From positions 74,917-138,916 of the forward strand of contig JAYEID010000013.1 of the NCBI GenBank assembly GCA_034659915.1: a stretch of 64,000 nucleotides of DNA, read 5' to 3'. The notes below the pieces were generated by a model that was not told the origin of the DNA, ran no database searches, and was given only the letters and a program-made list of their open reading frames with translations. Of this stretch, positions 44,747-53,663 are shown in pieces. Source of the stretch: Patescibacteria group bacterium. Lineage in GTDB: Bacteria; Patescibacteriota; WWE3; JAUXAW01; JAYEID01. The position numbers and the translations under genes are program-made. Position 1 is the stretch's first letter; each line of letters begins with the position of its first letter.

Positions 44747-45216
44747 TAAATTTAGAAAAAACATACTATTTAACCCCAGAGGGGTTGGAAAAATTTAAGG
44801 AAAAGCTGGAGCATTTGGAAGAAAATGTTATGGATGATGTGCGAAGTGAGTTAAGAGTTGCTCAGGAAGAAGAGCCAGACCCTACCGAAAATCCTGGTCT
44901 TCGAGATGCAATTAGTCGCCAGCAACAAGCGGAGGAAGAAATTGAGGAGCTGAAAAATGTCCTTAATAATTACGAATTAATTGAAGGAGGCTCGGGTGAT
45001 AAGGTTGAACTAGGATCGGTTGTGGAAGTCAAGGTAGATGGGGAGAAGGACAAATTCCAAATTGTTGGTTCGTTGGAAGCAGATCCTGTTAATGGTAAAA
45101 TTTCTTATGAATCTCCAGTGGGGGAAGCACTTTTGGGTGCTAAGCCTGGTGAAGAAGTTGAAGCGGGAGGTTCTATAGTTAGAGGAGCTACTTATAAGGT
45201 TTTATCTGTTAATTAA
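44743..45216 (+). CDS. GreA/GreB-family paralogue (second copy, ATGA overlap)
   Basis: YLTPEGLEKFKEKLEHLEE coiled coil, acidic tip, C-terminal KISYESPVGEALLGAKPGEEVEAGG. Confidence 0.75.
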   Translation: MINLEKTYYLTPEGLEKFKEKLEHLEENVMDDVRSELRVAQEEEPDPTENPGLRDAISRQQQAEEEIEELKNVLNNYELIEGGSGDKVELGSVVEVKVDGEKDKFQIVGSLEADPVNGKISYESPVGEALLGAKPGEEVEAGGSIVRGATYKVLSVN

Positions 45217-45218
45217 TT

Positions 45219-46577
45219 ATGTCAAACTACTTTGTAGATTTGAATTACGATAAATCAAAGCTTGCGGAAAGTGAGCAAAAGGTTTTGGGTAAATTGGTTG
45301 ATGCAGCTAAGTTAATTGGTATCTTGTATTCTCGACAAGAGGACAACAATCATCCTGGGGCAAATTTTTACCCCCATAATGCTAGTAGGGAAGAGATTAG
45401 AGCAGCAGCGGAAGAGGACCCAGCTATTTTAAGCCCTTATACTATGGTAAAAAGAGGTGAGAAGGGGAATTTGGTGGCAATTCCTTACCACAAAATGTAC
45501 AGTGAAGAAATGGAGAAAATTGCTACCCTCTTGGAAGAGGCAGCAAAAGCTTCGGAGGATAGAGAGTTTGCAGAGTTTTTAAAGCTACGTGCCCAGTCTT
45601 TTCGTGATGGCAGTTGGGATAAGAGCGAAGACAAATGGCTTGAGATGAACGGTCACAAAATTGATATTGTTATTGGACCAATTGAACCTTACCTCGATGA
45701 CCTCTTTTCTATTAAATGTGCTTTCCAGGCAAATATTCGCGTAACAAGCAACGATCCCAAGTTTAACCCCCAAGACTATTTAAAGGTTATCCGTAATCTT
45801 TATTCTTCGTGTGCGGGACCTTCTGAAGAGGAGCGGAAGCCAGTAAAAGTTAGGGTAGATGATGTAGTAGCGCTTGCGGGATGGCATGCTAAGCTGCGCC
45901 CCGTAGGGAGTAATTTGCCAAATGATCCAGAAAAAGTCGAAAAATACGGAACAAAAATTATTATCTACACTGACAATATTCGGTACCGGGAGGGGAAAAT
46001 AACCATTGGTGCTTTGGAAAGGGTATTTCCAAAGGATATTGTAGAAGAACACTCGAGGGAGAGCCTTTTGGACAACGCAATTCGGGGGACAATGCTTCAT
46101 GAAATCACGGAAGCTATTGTAAAGTATCCCGGAACAGTAAATAGATTAGGCGATATGTATACTCCAGTGAAGGAGCTGCATGCCACAATTGTTGGTCTAA
46201 AAGGTTGTACTTTTCATGTTCTAAAAGGTATTTTGACTCAGAAAGATTTTAAAGAGCTTTTAATGATTTTAATTTCTTGGCTTTTTGAAAGCTGGCTTCG
46301 CCGTGAAAGCAGTAAGGGTATTCGGGCGTATCTTCGAGGATACATGGTTGCTTTTAACTTTTTCCGTGAGCAAGATGCTTTGGAGGTAAAGGATGGTGTT
46401 ATTAAGCCAGATTTTGAGGAACTTTTCTTGGCAGTAGATAATTTGGCAGGGGTGCTTTCTCACCTTATGTCGGAAGGCACTCAAGAAGAAGCAGAGGAGT
46501 TTTTTGCAAAATACGAAGATTACCAAGTGATGGATCAGTTTACCTCTGAACTTTCAGCGTTACAGCAGGAGCTTTAA
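45219..46577 (+). CDS. hypothetical protein (contains HEITE motif)
   Basis: 452 aa, no TM; the only notable feature is GTMLHEITEAI (HExxE-like), so a metallo-hydrolase is possible but unsupported. Confidence 0.5.
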   Translation: MSNYFVDLNYDKSKLAESEQKVLGKLVDAAKLIGILYSRQEDNNHPGANFYPHNASREEIRAAAEEDPAILSPYTMVKRGEKGNLVAIPYHKMYSEEMEKIATLLEEAAKASEDREFAEFLKLRAQSFRDGSWDKSEDKWLEMNGHKIDIVIGPIEPYLDDLFSIKCAFQANIRVTSNDPKFNPQDYLKVIRNLYSSCAGPSEEERKPVKVRVDDVVALAGWHAKLRPVGSNLPNDPEKVEKYGTKIIIYTDNIRYREGKITIGALERVFPKDIVEEHSRESLLDNAIRGTMLHEITEAIVKYPGTVNRLGDMYTPVKELHATIVGLKGCTFHVLKGILTQKDFKELLMILISWLFESWLRRESSKGIRAYLRGYMVAFNFFREQDALEVKDGVIKPDFEELFLAVDNLAGVLSHLMSEGTQEEAEEFFAKYEDYQVMDQFTSELSALQQEL

Positions 46578-46616
46578 GCGTTGTCTCTCCCCTTTGCTTA
46601 GTGTTATACTAACTCC

Positions 46617-48095
46617 ATGCCGCAGCCAATTGAAGAACTTAAGCGCGTTCGTATAGAAAAATTGGAAAAATTAAGAGACTTGGGAATTGATCCCTATCCC
46701 GCTAGTTGGAAGTTTTTTGATTCTAGAATTTCCAACCAAGAGTTGAGGGAGAAAGACTTGGGTTCAGAAGTAGTGGCGGTTGGAAGAATCCGTGCTACGC
46801 GCGGTCACGGTGGAATAGTTTTTGTTGATATTTATGACGAAAGTGGAAAAATCCAGGTTTGTTTTAGAGAAGATGGATTTAATCCCCAAGGTCCTTGGGA
46901 GTTCAACAACTTAAACCTTTTGGATTTAGGAGACTTTATCGGGGTACGAGGTGAGCTTTTTAAAACTGAGGCTGGTGAGCTTACTATACTGGTAGAAGAT
47001 TTGAAACTCCTCTCTAAAACTATTCGTCCCCTTCCTTCTGAATGGTATGGTCTTAAAGATAAAGAAGAACGTTACCGAAAACGATACTTAGACCTTATTA
47101 TGAATCCCGAAGTACGGGAGGTTTTCCGAAAGCGAACGAAGATTCTGACCTTGCTCCGAAAGTATTTAGACAACCATGGATTTATGGAAGTAGAGACTCC
47201 TATTCTTCAGCCTATTTATGGCGGGGCTTCTGCTCGACCTTTTGTAACTCATTTGGAAGCTTTGGATACAGATTTTTACCTCCGGATTTCTAATGAGCTT
47301 TATCTTAAGAGGCTAGTTGTGGGGGGTTTTGAAAAAGTTTATGAAGTTTCCAAAGATTTTCGTAATGAGGGTATTGATCGGCAACACAGTCCGGAATTTA
47401 CTCAAATTGAGTTTTATTGGGCGTATGCGGATTACGAAGATTTAATGGATTTTATAGAAGAGATGCTTTGTTCTGTGATTGAGGAAATTTGCGGTTCATT
47501 GGAAGTAGAGTTTGGGGAGGAGAAACTTGATTTTACTTCGCCCTGGAACCGAATAACCTATCGCGATTTAGTCTTGGAACAGACTGGTATTGATATAGAC
47601 AAAGTAACCACGGAGAAAGCGCTTCTTAGTGAGCTTAAGGAGAAAGACTTGTCTATTGATTTGGAAGGTGCGGTGGGCTACGGTGCTGTTCTTGATAACC
47701 TCTATAAAGAGTACTGCCAACCAACTTTAGTTCAGCCCACATTTCTAATTGAACATCCAGCCGAACTTATGCCCCTTGCAAAAAGAATGTCGGACGATCC
47801 TTCTAAAATCCAAAGTGTTCAACTGTTGGTTTCAGGATATGAGTTGATTAAAGCTTACAGCGAGTTAAATGATCCTCAGGATCAAAGAGAACGTTGGGAA
47901 GAGCAGGAAGGTTTAGCAGCAAAGGGTTTAGAGGAGCATGAAGCTCTGGATGAAGATTACATTGAGGCTTTAGAATACGGTATGCCTCCTACTGCGGGGT
48001 GGGGGATGGGAATTGATAGGTTAACAGCAATTCTTACCAATCAGCCTTCAATTCGGGATGTAATCCTTTTTCCGTTGATGCGCCCAGAGAAATAG
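46617..48095 (+). CDS. lysS: lysyl-tRNA synthetase (class II)
   Basis: OB-fold N-terminus, YLRISNELYLKRLVVGGFEKVYEVSKDFRNEGIDRQHSPEFTQIEFYWAY motif 2, GWGMGIDRL motif 3; 492 aa. Confidence 0.9.
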   Translation: MPQPIEELKRVRIEKLEKLRDLGIDPYPASWKFFDSRISNQELREKDLGSEVVAVGRIRATRGHGGIVFVDIYDESGKIQVCFREDGFNPQGPWEFNNLNLLDLGDFIGVRGELFKTEAGELTILVEDLKLLSKTIRPLPSEWYGLKDKEERYRKRYLDLIMNPEVREVFRKRTKILTLLRKYLDNHGFMEVETPILQPIYGGASARPFVTHLEALDTDFYLRISNELYLKRLVVGGFEKVYEVSKDFRNEGIDRQHSPEFTQIEFYWAYADYEDLMDFIEEMLCSVIEEICGSLEVEFGEEKLDFTSPWNRITYRDLVLEQTGIDIDKVTTEKALLSELKEKDLSIDLEGAVGYGAVLDNLYKEYCQPTLVQPTFLIEHPAELMPLAKRMSDDPSKIQSVQLLVSGYELIKAYSELNDPQDQRERWEEQEGLAAKGLEEHEALDEDYIEALEYGMPPTAGWGMGIDRLTAILTNQPSIRDVILFPLMRPEK

Positions 48096-48285
48096 CATGA
48101 GAATGCTACCTAGCAAGGACGGGTCTTGCGAGGGCTGTTATCATTCAATTCGGGATGTAATTCTCTAATTCTCTTTAACCTCATGCGTCCTGAAAAGTAG
48201 TTTTAAGGTGAGTTTTTTATTGAAAACTGCTATAATTTTTCTAGTGATGCAGGTTAAATCCTGTTAGAAGAGGAGGTTGGTGGTG

Positions 48286-48720
48286 ATGTCTAGGCAAGAG
48301 GATTTAGGTGGGGATGCCATTGTTCATGCAAGTTTGGCAGTTTTGAGTATTTTGTCGTTTTTGGGCGGATGTTTGTTGTTAGGAATTGCTTTCGCAGGTA
48401 CACTTAGTAGTGGTTATTGGATTAGCGCTCTTCGGGATGTGGGCTGGGGTTTGGAGATTGCTGCAATTACGTTAGTGAGTACCTTTCTTTGGGGTATTCT
48501 TAGCGTAATTGTTTCCCTTGCCAGTGCTGTGGTTACATCCTGGTTTAGGCAATATTTCTTGCTTTCTTTTTTTCGCAAAGTCGTTGCGTTTTTACCAGTA
48601 TTGAACCTTGGCTTTGTGCTATTTCTGTGGTTTGGTGCTTTTTTAATGACATTTTTGGTTCTGCTTGCTATTTTGGTAATGCTACCTTTTGTCCTTGTGC
48701 TCTTTTTGATTAAATGGTAG
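48286..48720 (+). CDS. hypothetical polytopic membrane protein
   Basis: AGGAGG SD 9 nt before ATG 48286 (ORF track opens at TTG 48277); four hydrophobic helices. Confidence 0.45.
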   Translation: MSRQEDLGGDAIVHASLAVLSILSFLGGCLLLGIAFAGTLSSGYWISALRDVGWGLEIAAITLVSTFLWGILSVIVSLASAVVTSWFRQYFLLSFFRKVVAFLPVLNLGFVLFLWFGAFLMTFLVLLAILVMLPFVLVLFLIKW

Positions 48721-48809
48721 GAATGAGATTGGTCAAGTAGGTCAAGTAATGACTTCTCAATTTTCCTTGCGCACCTCTAGGAGGAGAGCCTTTTAGAGGT
48801 GTTTTTTCT

Positions 48810-49412
48810 TTGTTAGAATGTCCTTACATTGCAATGATTACCAAGGAACGTGCTTTAGAGATTTTAAAAGGAAATATTGAAAACGAAAACCTCCGAAAGC
48901 ACCATTATGCAGTAGCTGCTGCTATGCGTGCCCTTCATAACTATTTTGAGGAAAAAGGAGAAACTTGTACTGAGCCTGTCGAAGCATGGGAGATTGTCGG
49001 ACTTTTACACGATGCGGATTATGAAGAAACTAAAAATGATCCAGAAAATCACACTTTGGTTTTAGCAGAGCAGTTGGAGGAAGAGGGTGTTTCGGAAAAG
49101 ATAATTCGGGCTATAAAAGCACATAATTGTGAATATACACATACAGAACCGCAGAGCAAGCTTGAATGGTCGCTTATTGCTTGTGATGACTTGACTGGCC
49201 TTGTTGTTGCTGTGGCTTTAGTTCACCCCACTAAATTAGAAGGTGTTTCGGTGGAGTCAGTAATGAAAAAGTTTGATTCCTCTTCTTTTGCAGCTGGTGC
49301 TGACCGGGAAAGAATTGTTCTTTGCGAAGAAAAGCTCGGAATTCCCCTCGAAGACTTTGTTGGTATTGTTCTCTCTGCAATGAAACAAGACCGCGATCAG
49401 CTGGGATTGTGA
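48810..49412 (+). CDS. HD-domain phosphohydrolase
   Basis: HHYAVAAAMRAL...VGLLHDADYE HD motif; start at TTG 48810 or ATG 48834. Confidence 0.6.
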   Translation: MLECPYIAMITKERALEILKGNIENENLRKHHYAVAAAMRALHNYFEEKGETCTEPVEAWEIVGLLHDADYEETKNDPENHTLVLAEQLEEEGVSEKIIRAIKAHNCEYTHTEPQSKLEWSLIACDDLTGLVVAVALVHPTKLEGVSVESVMKKFDSSSFAAGADRERIVLCEEKLGIPLEDFVGIVLSAMKQDRDQLGL

Positions 49413-49466
49413 AGGCGACTCTCCTTTATTAGGGTACTAAAAGATGCCAAAGGTTCTATATGAACG

Positions 49467-49490
49467 TACTAACATGCTAGCATGTTAGTA
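49467..49490. promoter_or_regulatory. 24-bp perfect palindrome (operator candidate) upstream of EamA transporter
   Basis: TACTAACATGCTAGCATGTTAGTA; left flank TATGAACGTACTAACATG is identical to that of site 50421-50438. Confidence 0.55.
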
Positions 49491-49526
49491 TATTACAATT
49501 TTATTTAACTTGATACGAAGCATTTT

Positions 49527-50375
49527 ATGTATATATTTATTCTTGTTGTCATAGTTTCTAGTGGTTTAGCTTCTATTACCTTGCGGTTACTTGGTCGTGA
49601 TGAGCCGCGTGGCGAACTTCCTGCCTTTCTTTTTCAATTTATTAGCGCGCTTTTTTTCTTGCCGTTTGTGCGTGAAGTTCCGTCTCTTTCTTCGGTCTGG
49701 TTTTTTCCTTTTTTAGCGAGTGTGTTTTATGGCTTGGGAAACATCTTTATGTTCAAGGCATTTGAGAAGGGGGAGGTTTCTTTACTTGCGCCTTTGGGTA
49801 ATTTAGGTCCGGTTTTGACTTTACTCTTTTCGGTAGTTTTACTCGGAGAAGGTTTTAGTTGGGCAAAAGTTTTGGGAACTTTGCTTGTTGTTTTTGGTTT
49901 AGCTTTTTTGAAAAAGGGGGAGAATTTTCTCCGATCGTTAGAAGCACTAATTCGGGACAGAAATTGCCGGTTTTACTTTTTGTTTCTAATCTTTTTTAAC
50001 ATTGCCGGTGTGTTTGATAAAAAAGCCACTCCTTACTTTGCCACGACCACCTACAGTTTTGTTCAGTTCTTTTTGCCCTCTTTGATGGTTTTAGCTTATC
50101 TTATTGCCCGGGGTAATTTTGGTAATCTAGTATTATTTACTAAAGTAAGGCTCCCCTTGGCTGTTCTCACTTCGTTAGTGATAAGCATTCGTTACGCAAG
50201 CTTTTATACTGCGATAACAAGTGCAGAGTTAAGTCTTGTTACTCCGCTGTTTTCGCTTAGTACGTTTGTTTCTCTTTTTCTCGCTTCCTGGTGGCTAAAA
50301 GAAAAGGTGGAACAGCGCTGGGCCGCCGCACTTTTTACAGTTCTTGGTTCCGCTTTACTTCTTCATAAACTTTAA
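49527..50375 (+). CDS. EamA/DMT-family transporter
   Basis: 282 aa, 10 TM helices in two EamA-like halves. Confidence 0.6.
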   Translation: MYIFILVVIVSSGLASITLRLLGRDEPRGELPAFLFQFISALFFLPFVREVPSLSSVWFFPFLASVFYGLGNIFMFKAFEKGEVSLLAPLGNLGPVLTLLFSVVLLGEGFSWAKVLGTLLVVFGLAFLKKGENFLRSLEALIRDRNCRFYFLFLIFFNIAGVFDKKATPYFATTTYSFVQFFLPSLMVLAYLIARGNFGNLVLFTKVRLPLAVLTSLVISIRYASFYTAITSAELSLVTPLFSLSTFVSLFLASWWLKEKVEQRWAAALFTVLGSALLLHKL

Positions 50376-50422
50376 ATTGCTCTTAGTGCGATACTAGGTT
50401 TGTGTTTGTACCCTGGCTTATA

Positions 50423-50450
50423 TGAACGTACTAACATGTTAGTACGTTCA
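50423..50450. promoter_or_regulatory. 28-bp perfect palindrome (operator candidate) between EamA 3' end and regulator 3' end
   Basis: TGAACGTACTAACATGTTAGTACGTTCA, followed by the TGTTAACA mini-palindrome. Confidence 0.55.
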
Positions 50451-50506
50451 CATGTTAACATTCTATAACACGCTGCCTGTTTACAATTGGGTATATAGTT
50501 GTTCTT

Positions 50507-50935
50507 TCAAAAAGGAATTCCGGTTTTTGCTAGTTTTTCTCGTGAACTCATTTTTTCTTCAATTTTTCGCATTTCGTCTTTTTCTAGTTCATCTTTGTCT
50601 GGCTTTTTGGGATATAGAATCTTTAATACCAATTCCAGACCCCCTTCACCGAAGTATAGCCTCTTTGCAATTTTGGTAACTGTAGTAGTTGTTGTTTCCA
50701 ACTCTTCTGCGATTTGTTCATATGTTTGTTCCTCTTGCCAGAGTTTTTCGGCAATATGCCAGCGCAGACCCAACATTCTAAGTTCGTTATCCGTAAGAAT
50801 GTCACGAAAAAATTTGGCCTGATCACGAAGGTTTTGTGTTTTGAGGGCCGCAACGAAGAACCCCTTCATTTCCTCGTTCATCCAGGGAAATTCTTTGTTT
50901 TTTTCTTTTGGCAACTTAACTTTAACTCGCGGCAC
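50507..50935 (-). CDS. YerC/YecD-type TrpR-related DNA-binding protein
   Basis: FFRDILTDNELRMLGLRWHIAEKLWQEEQTYEQIAEEL...TVTKIAKRLYFGEGG; start placed at GTG 50935 (SD GAAAGAGGTGA 5 nt upstream) rather than the ORF-track GTG 50944. Confidence 0.6.
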   Translation of the reverse strand: MPRVKVKLPKEKNKEFPWMNEEMKGFFVAALKTQNLRDQAKFFRDILTDNELRMLGLRWHIAEKLWQEEQTYEQIAEELETTTTTVTKIAKRLYFGEGGLELVLKILYPKKPDKDELEKDEMRKIEEKMSSREKLAKTGIPF

Positions 50936-50992
50936 GGTTATCACCTCTTTCTAAGATTATTAGTAGTAATTAGGATGGTCGCATCTTTATAC

Positions 50993-51010
50993 TAACATAC
51001 TAGTACGTGA
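50993..51010. promoter_or_regulatory. related half-site pair in regulator/serS divergent promoter region
   Basis: ACTAACATACTAGTACGT carries both half-site cores (ACTAACAT and TAGTACGT) of the 28-bp palindrome with shorter spacing. Confidence 0.4.
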
Positions 51011-51046
51011 GTATGAGTTTAGTTTAGGGTCTAGAAGTTGATCTGG

Positions 51047-51096
51047 TTCTTTTTTCTTTTTTCTTTTTTCTTTTTTTCTTTTTTTCTTTTCTATAC
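51047..51096. repeat. T-rich simple sequence repeat (CTTTTTT about 6 copies)
   Basis: ggttcttttttcttttttcttttttctttttttctttttttcttttc immediately upstream of the serS -10 (TACTAT at 51110-51115). Confidence 0.6.
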
Positions 51097-51124
51097 TTTT
51101 TTGGTGTGCTACTATGGCAGTTAG

Positions 51125-52393
51125 ATGCTAGATATTGATTTTATTCGTAACAATCCAGATACGGTGCGGAGGGGTTTACAAGCCAAGCAAGCTAATCCTT
51201 CTTTGGTTGATAAAACTCTTGAGTTGGACAAAGAACGGCGTGAGCTTTTGCAAGAGGTAGAAAAACTGCGGCATGAGATAAATGAAATTAGTAATATTCA
51301 GGAAAAGCCATCTGCAGATGATATTGAGAGAGCTAAAAAGTTAAAGAATCAGCTAAGAAAACTTGAACCAAAGCTTCGGGAGGTTGAAGAAAGGTTTAAG
51401 GAAGTTTGGCAACAAATTCCAAATATGCCTGCTGAAGATGTTCCTCGGGGGGAAAGTGAAGAAGAAAATGTTGAGGTTAAAAAGTGGGGTAAGCCACGGG
51501 ATTTTGATTTTGAACCTAAGCCTTATTGGGAGCTAGGCGAAAGCTTGAGAATTATAGATAAAGAAAGGGCAGCTAAAGTTTCCGGAGCCCGCTTTGGTTA
51601 TCTAAAAGGAGCTGCAGTTTTGTTGGAGTTTGCCTTAGTTGACTTAGCAATAAAGAACCTTCTTTGGGAGGGTTTTCTTCCTGTAATTCCACCCGTAATG
51701 ATAAATGATAAAGCCATGCGTGCCATGGGTTATTTGGAACATGGCGGTGAGCAGGAGACTTATCATTTTGAAAAAGACCAGCTTTATTTAATTGGGACTT
51801 CGGAGCAAGCAGTTGGTCCTATGCATATGAATGAGGTTTTGGAGGAGGGTACGTTGCCACGGCGTTATGTTGCTTTTTCTACTTGTTTTCGGCGCGAGGC
51901 TGGTAGCTATGGCAAAGATACTAAGGGTATTTTTCGAGTTCATCAATTTGATAAGGTAGAGATGTTTTCTTTTACCCATCCGGAAGGATCCGAGGAGGAA
52001 CACGACTTTCTCCTCTCTGTGCAAGAAAACCTAATGCAAGAACTAGAAATTCCTTACCAAGTGACAGAAATGTGTACTGGTGACCTGGGTGCTCCAGCAG
52101 CTAGAAAGTATGATATTAATGCCTGGTTCCCTTCACAAGATTGTTATCGGGAGACGCATTCTGCCAGCAATTGTACAGACTTTCAGGCTCGAAGGCTTAA
52201 TGTAAAATACCAAAATGAAAAAGGTGAGAAAGATTTTGTTCATACCTTGAACGGTACTGCGTTTGCTATTGGTAGGACAGTTTTGGCTATTTTAGAGAAC
52301 TACCAACAAGAGGATGGTTCGGTATTGATACCAGAAGCTTTGGAACCTATGGTGGAAATGGGAGTGATTCAGCCTGTCCCAAGTAAATTGTAG
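51125..52393 (+). CDS. serS: seryl-tRNA synthetase
   Basis: MLDIDFIRNNPDTVRRGL N-terminal coiled-coil arm; class II motifs FRREAGSYGKDTKGIFRVHQFDKVEMF, GTAFAIGRTVLAILE. Confidence 0.9.
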   Translation: MLDIDFIRNNPDTVRRGLQAKQANPSLVDKTLELDKERRELLQEVEKLRHEINEISNIQEKPSADDIERAKKLKNQLRKLEPKLREVEERFKEVWQQIPNMPAEDVPRGESEEENVEVKKWGKPRDFDFEPKPYWELGESLRIIDKERAAKVSGARFGYLKGAAVLLEFALVDLAIKNLLWEGFLPVIPPVMINDKAMRAMGYLEHGGEQETYHFEKDQLYLIGTSEQAVGPMHMNEVLEEGTLPRRYVAFSTCFRREAGSYGKDTKGIFRVHQFDKVEMFSFTHPEGSEEEHDFLLSVQENLMQELEIPYQVTEMCTGDLGAPAARKYDINAWFPSQDCYRETHSASNCTDFQARRLNVKYQNEKGEKDFVHTLNGTAFAIGRTVLAILENYQQEDGSVLIPEALEPMVEMGVIQPVPSKL

Positions 52394-52432
52394 GTCGAAG
52401 TTAATAGCTATTGCAGAATAATCCTGCTAAAC

Positions 52433-53146
52433 ATGAGTTTACTAAAATCAATCTTTCCTCAGGTCTTATTTCGGGAAAAATCACCTATTTATGGAACAGT
52501 TGAAGTTGTTCAGGCTGGGAGTGAGCGCCAGCTTTTGGTTAATGGTGTTCGCCAGTCTGTTGATAAGAATGCTTCTAATATTGGTCAGCGTTATTGGTCG
52601 CGGGTGGTTGATATAGCGTACGAGTATCAGGGTAAAAGATTGGAAAAATTTTTGATTTTAGGTTTGGGTGGGGGTACAGTAGCTCACTTTATTTGTAAAA
52701 AGTTTCCCAATTCTAGAATTGACGGGGTGGAGCTTGATCCAGTTGTGTTGGAAGTGGGGGAAAGGTTTTTTGGGTTGGCAGAGGTTCCGGGTTTGCATAT
52801 TGTTCAGGGGGACGCCTTTGACGTGGTAGATAATCCAGATCGTTATGAGCTTAGCTTTTCTTCTTACGACCTTATTTTTGTTGATGTGTTCCAAGGTGGT
52901 AATTTTCCAGATAAGTTCAAAAAAATAGAGTTTTTTGAAAAGACTAAGAAGTTACTTTCGTCCGGAGGATTGGTGGTTTATAATCAAACAACGCGTTCTT
53001 CGGTTGACAAGTCTCTAAAATCTTTTGAAAAAGGGGTTTCTAAGGTTTTTGTTCCAATAAAGAAACAAGAGGTTGGAGCATCTTTAGGCTTTTCCAATTT
53101 TTTATTCTTTTGTACGCATTTTTCTCGCGGAAGTAGTTGTGGCTGA
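52433..53146 (+). CDS. spermidine-synthase-like SAM-dependent methyltransferase-fold protein
   Basis: ILGLGGGTVAHFICKKFPNSRIDGVELDPVV, VQGDAFDV, DLIFVDVF; 237 aa, shorter than canonical SpeE. Confidence 0.5.
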   Translation: MSLLKSIFPQVLFREKSPIYGTVEVVQAGSERQLLVNGVRQSVDKNASNIGQRYWSRVVDIAYEYQGKRLEKFLILGLGGGTVAHFICKKFPNSRIDGVELDPVVLEVGERFFGLAEVPGLHIVQGDAFDVVDNPDRYELSFSSYDLIFVDVFQGGNFPDKFKKIEFFEKTKKLLSSGGLVVYNQTTRSSVDKSLKSFEKGVSKVFVPIKKQEVGASLGFSNFLFFCTHFSRGSSCG

Positions 53147-53663
53147 TTTTTTAATTTTAGCTATAGGCAAATATTTGGTGTTTGTTTTCCTTTTGCCGCT
53201 TGTTTACTTTTGGCTTAAGGGAAAAAAAAGTGTTGTTTTTCAAGCCTTGTTAGCTGTACTTATTGCTAACATACTTTCATTGTTGGTTGGGATTGTATTT
53301 CCGGCACTCAGACCTTTTGAATTAGCAGAGACTTCTCCACGAGTTCCAATCTTTTTTTTGGAGCAGAACTCTAGATTTCGAACTACCTCTTTTCCTTCTA
53401 AGCATGCAGCTGCTAGTGCTGCTATTGCCTTTTCTGTTTTAGTGGATAATAAACTTTTGGGTTTGGTTCTGTTGGCTTTTGCGCTGTCTGTAGGCGCAGG
53501 CAGAGTGTGGGCGTTTGTCCACCGTTGGTTCGATGTTGTTGGTGGTTTTGGGTTGGGGTTGTTTGCAGCGTTTGTTGCTAGATTTGTGGTGAACCACAAG
53601 GTTATTGGTAGTTTTATGGCTAAGATGGAGGCAAAGTTACCTCCATACCCAACTCATGAATAG
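53139..53663 (+). CDS. PAP2-family phosphatase (BcrC/PgpB-like)
   Basis: GTG start overlapping upstream TGA; motifs ALRP, SFPSKH, AGRVWAFVHRWFDV (KxxxxxxRP / PSGH / SRxxxxxHxxxD pattern); 4-5 TM. Confidence 0.65.
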   Translation: MADFLILAIGKYLVFVFLLPLVYFWLKGKKSVVFQALLAVLIANILSLLVGIVFPALRPFELAETSPRVPIFFLEQNSRFRTTSFPSKHAAASAAIAFSVLVDNKLLGLVLLAFALSVGAGRVWAFVHRWFDVVGGFGLGLFAAFVARFVVNHKVIGSFMAKMEAKLPPYPTHE

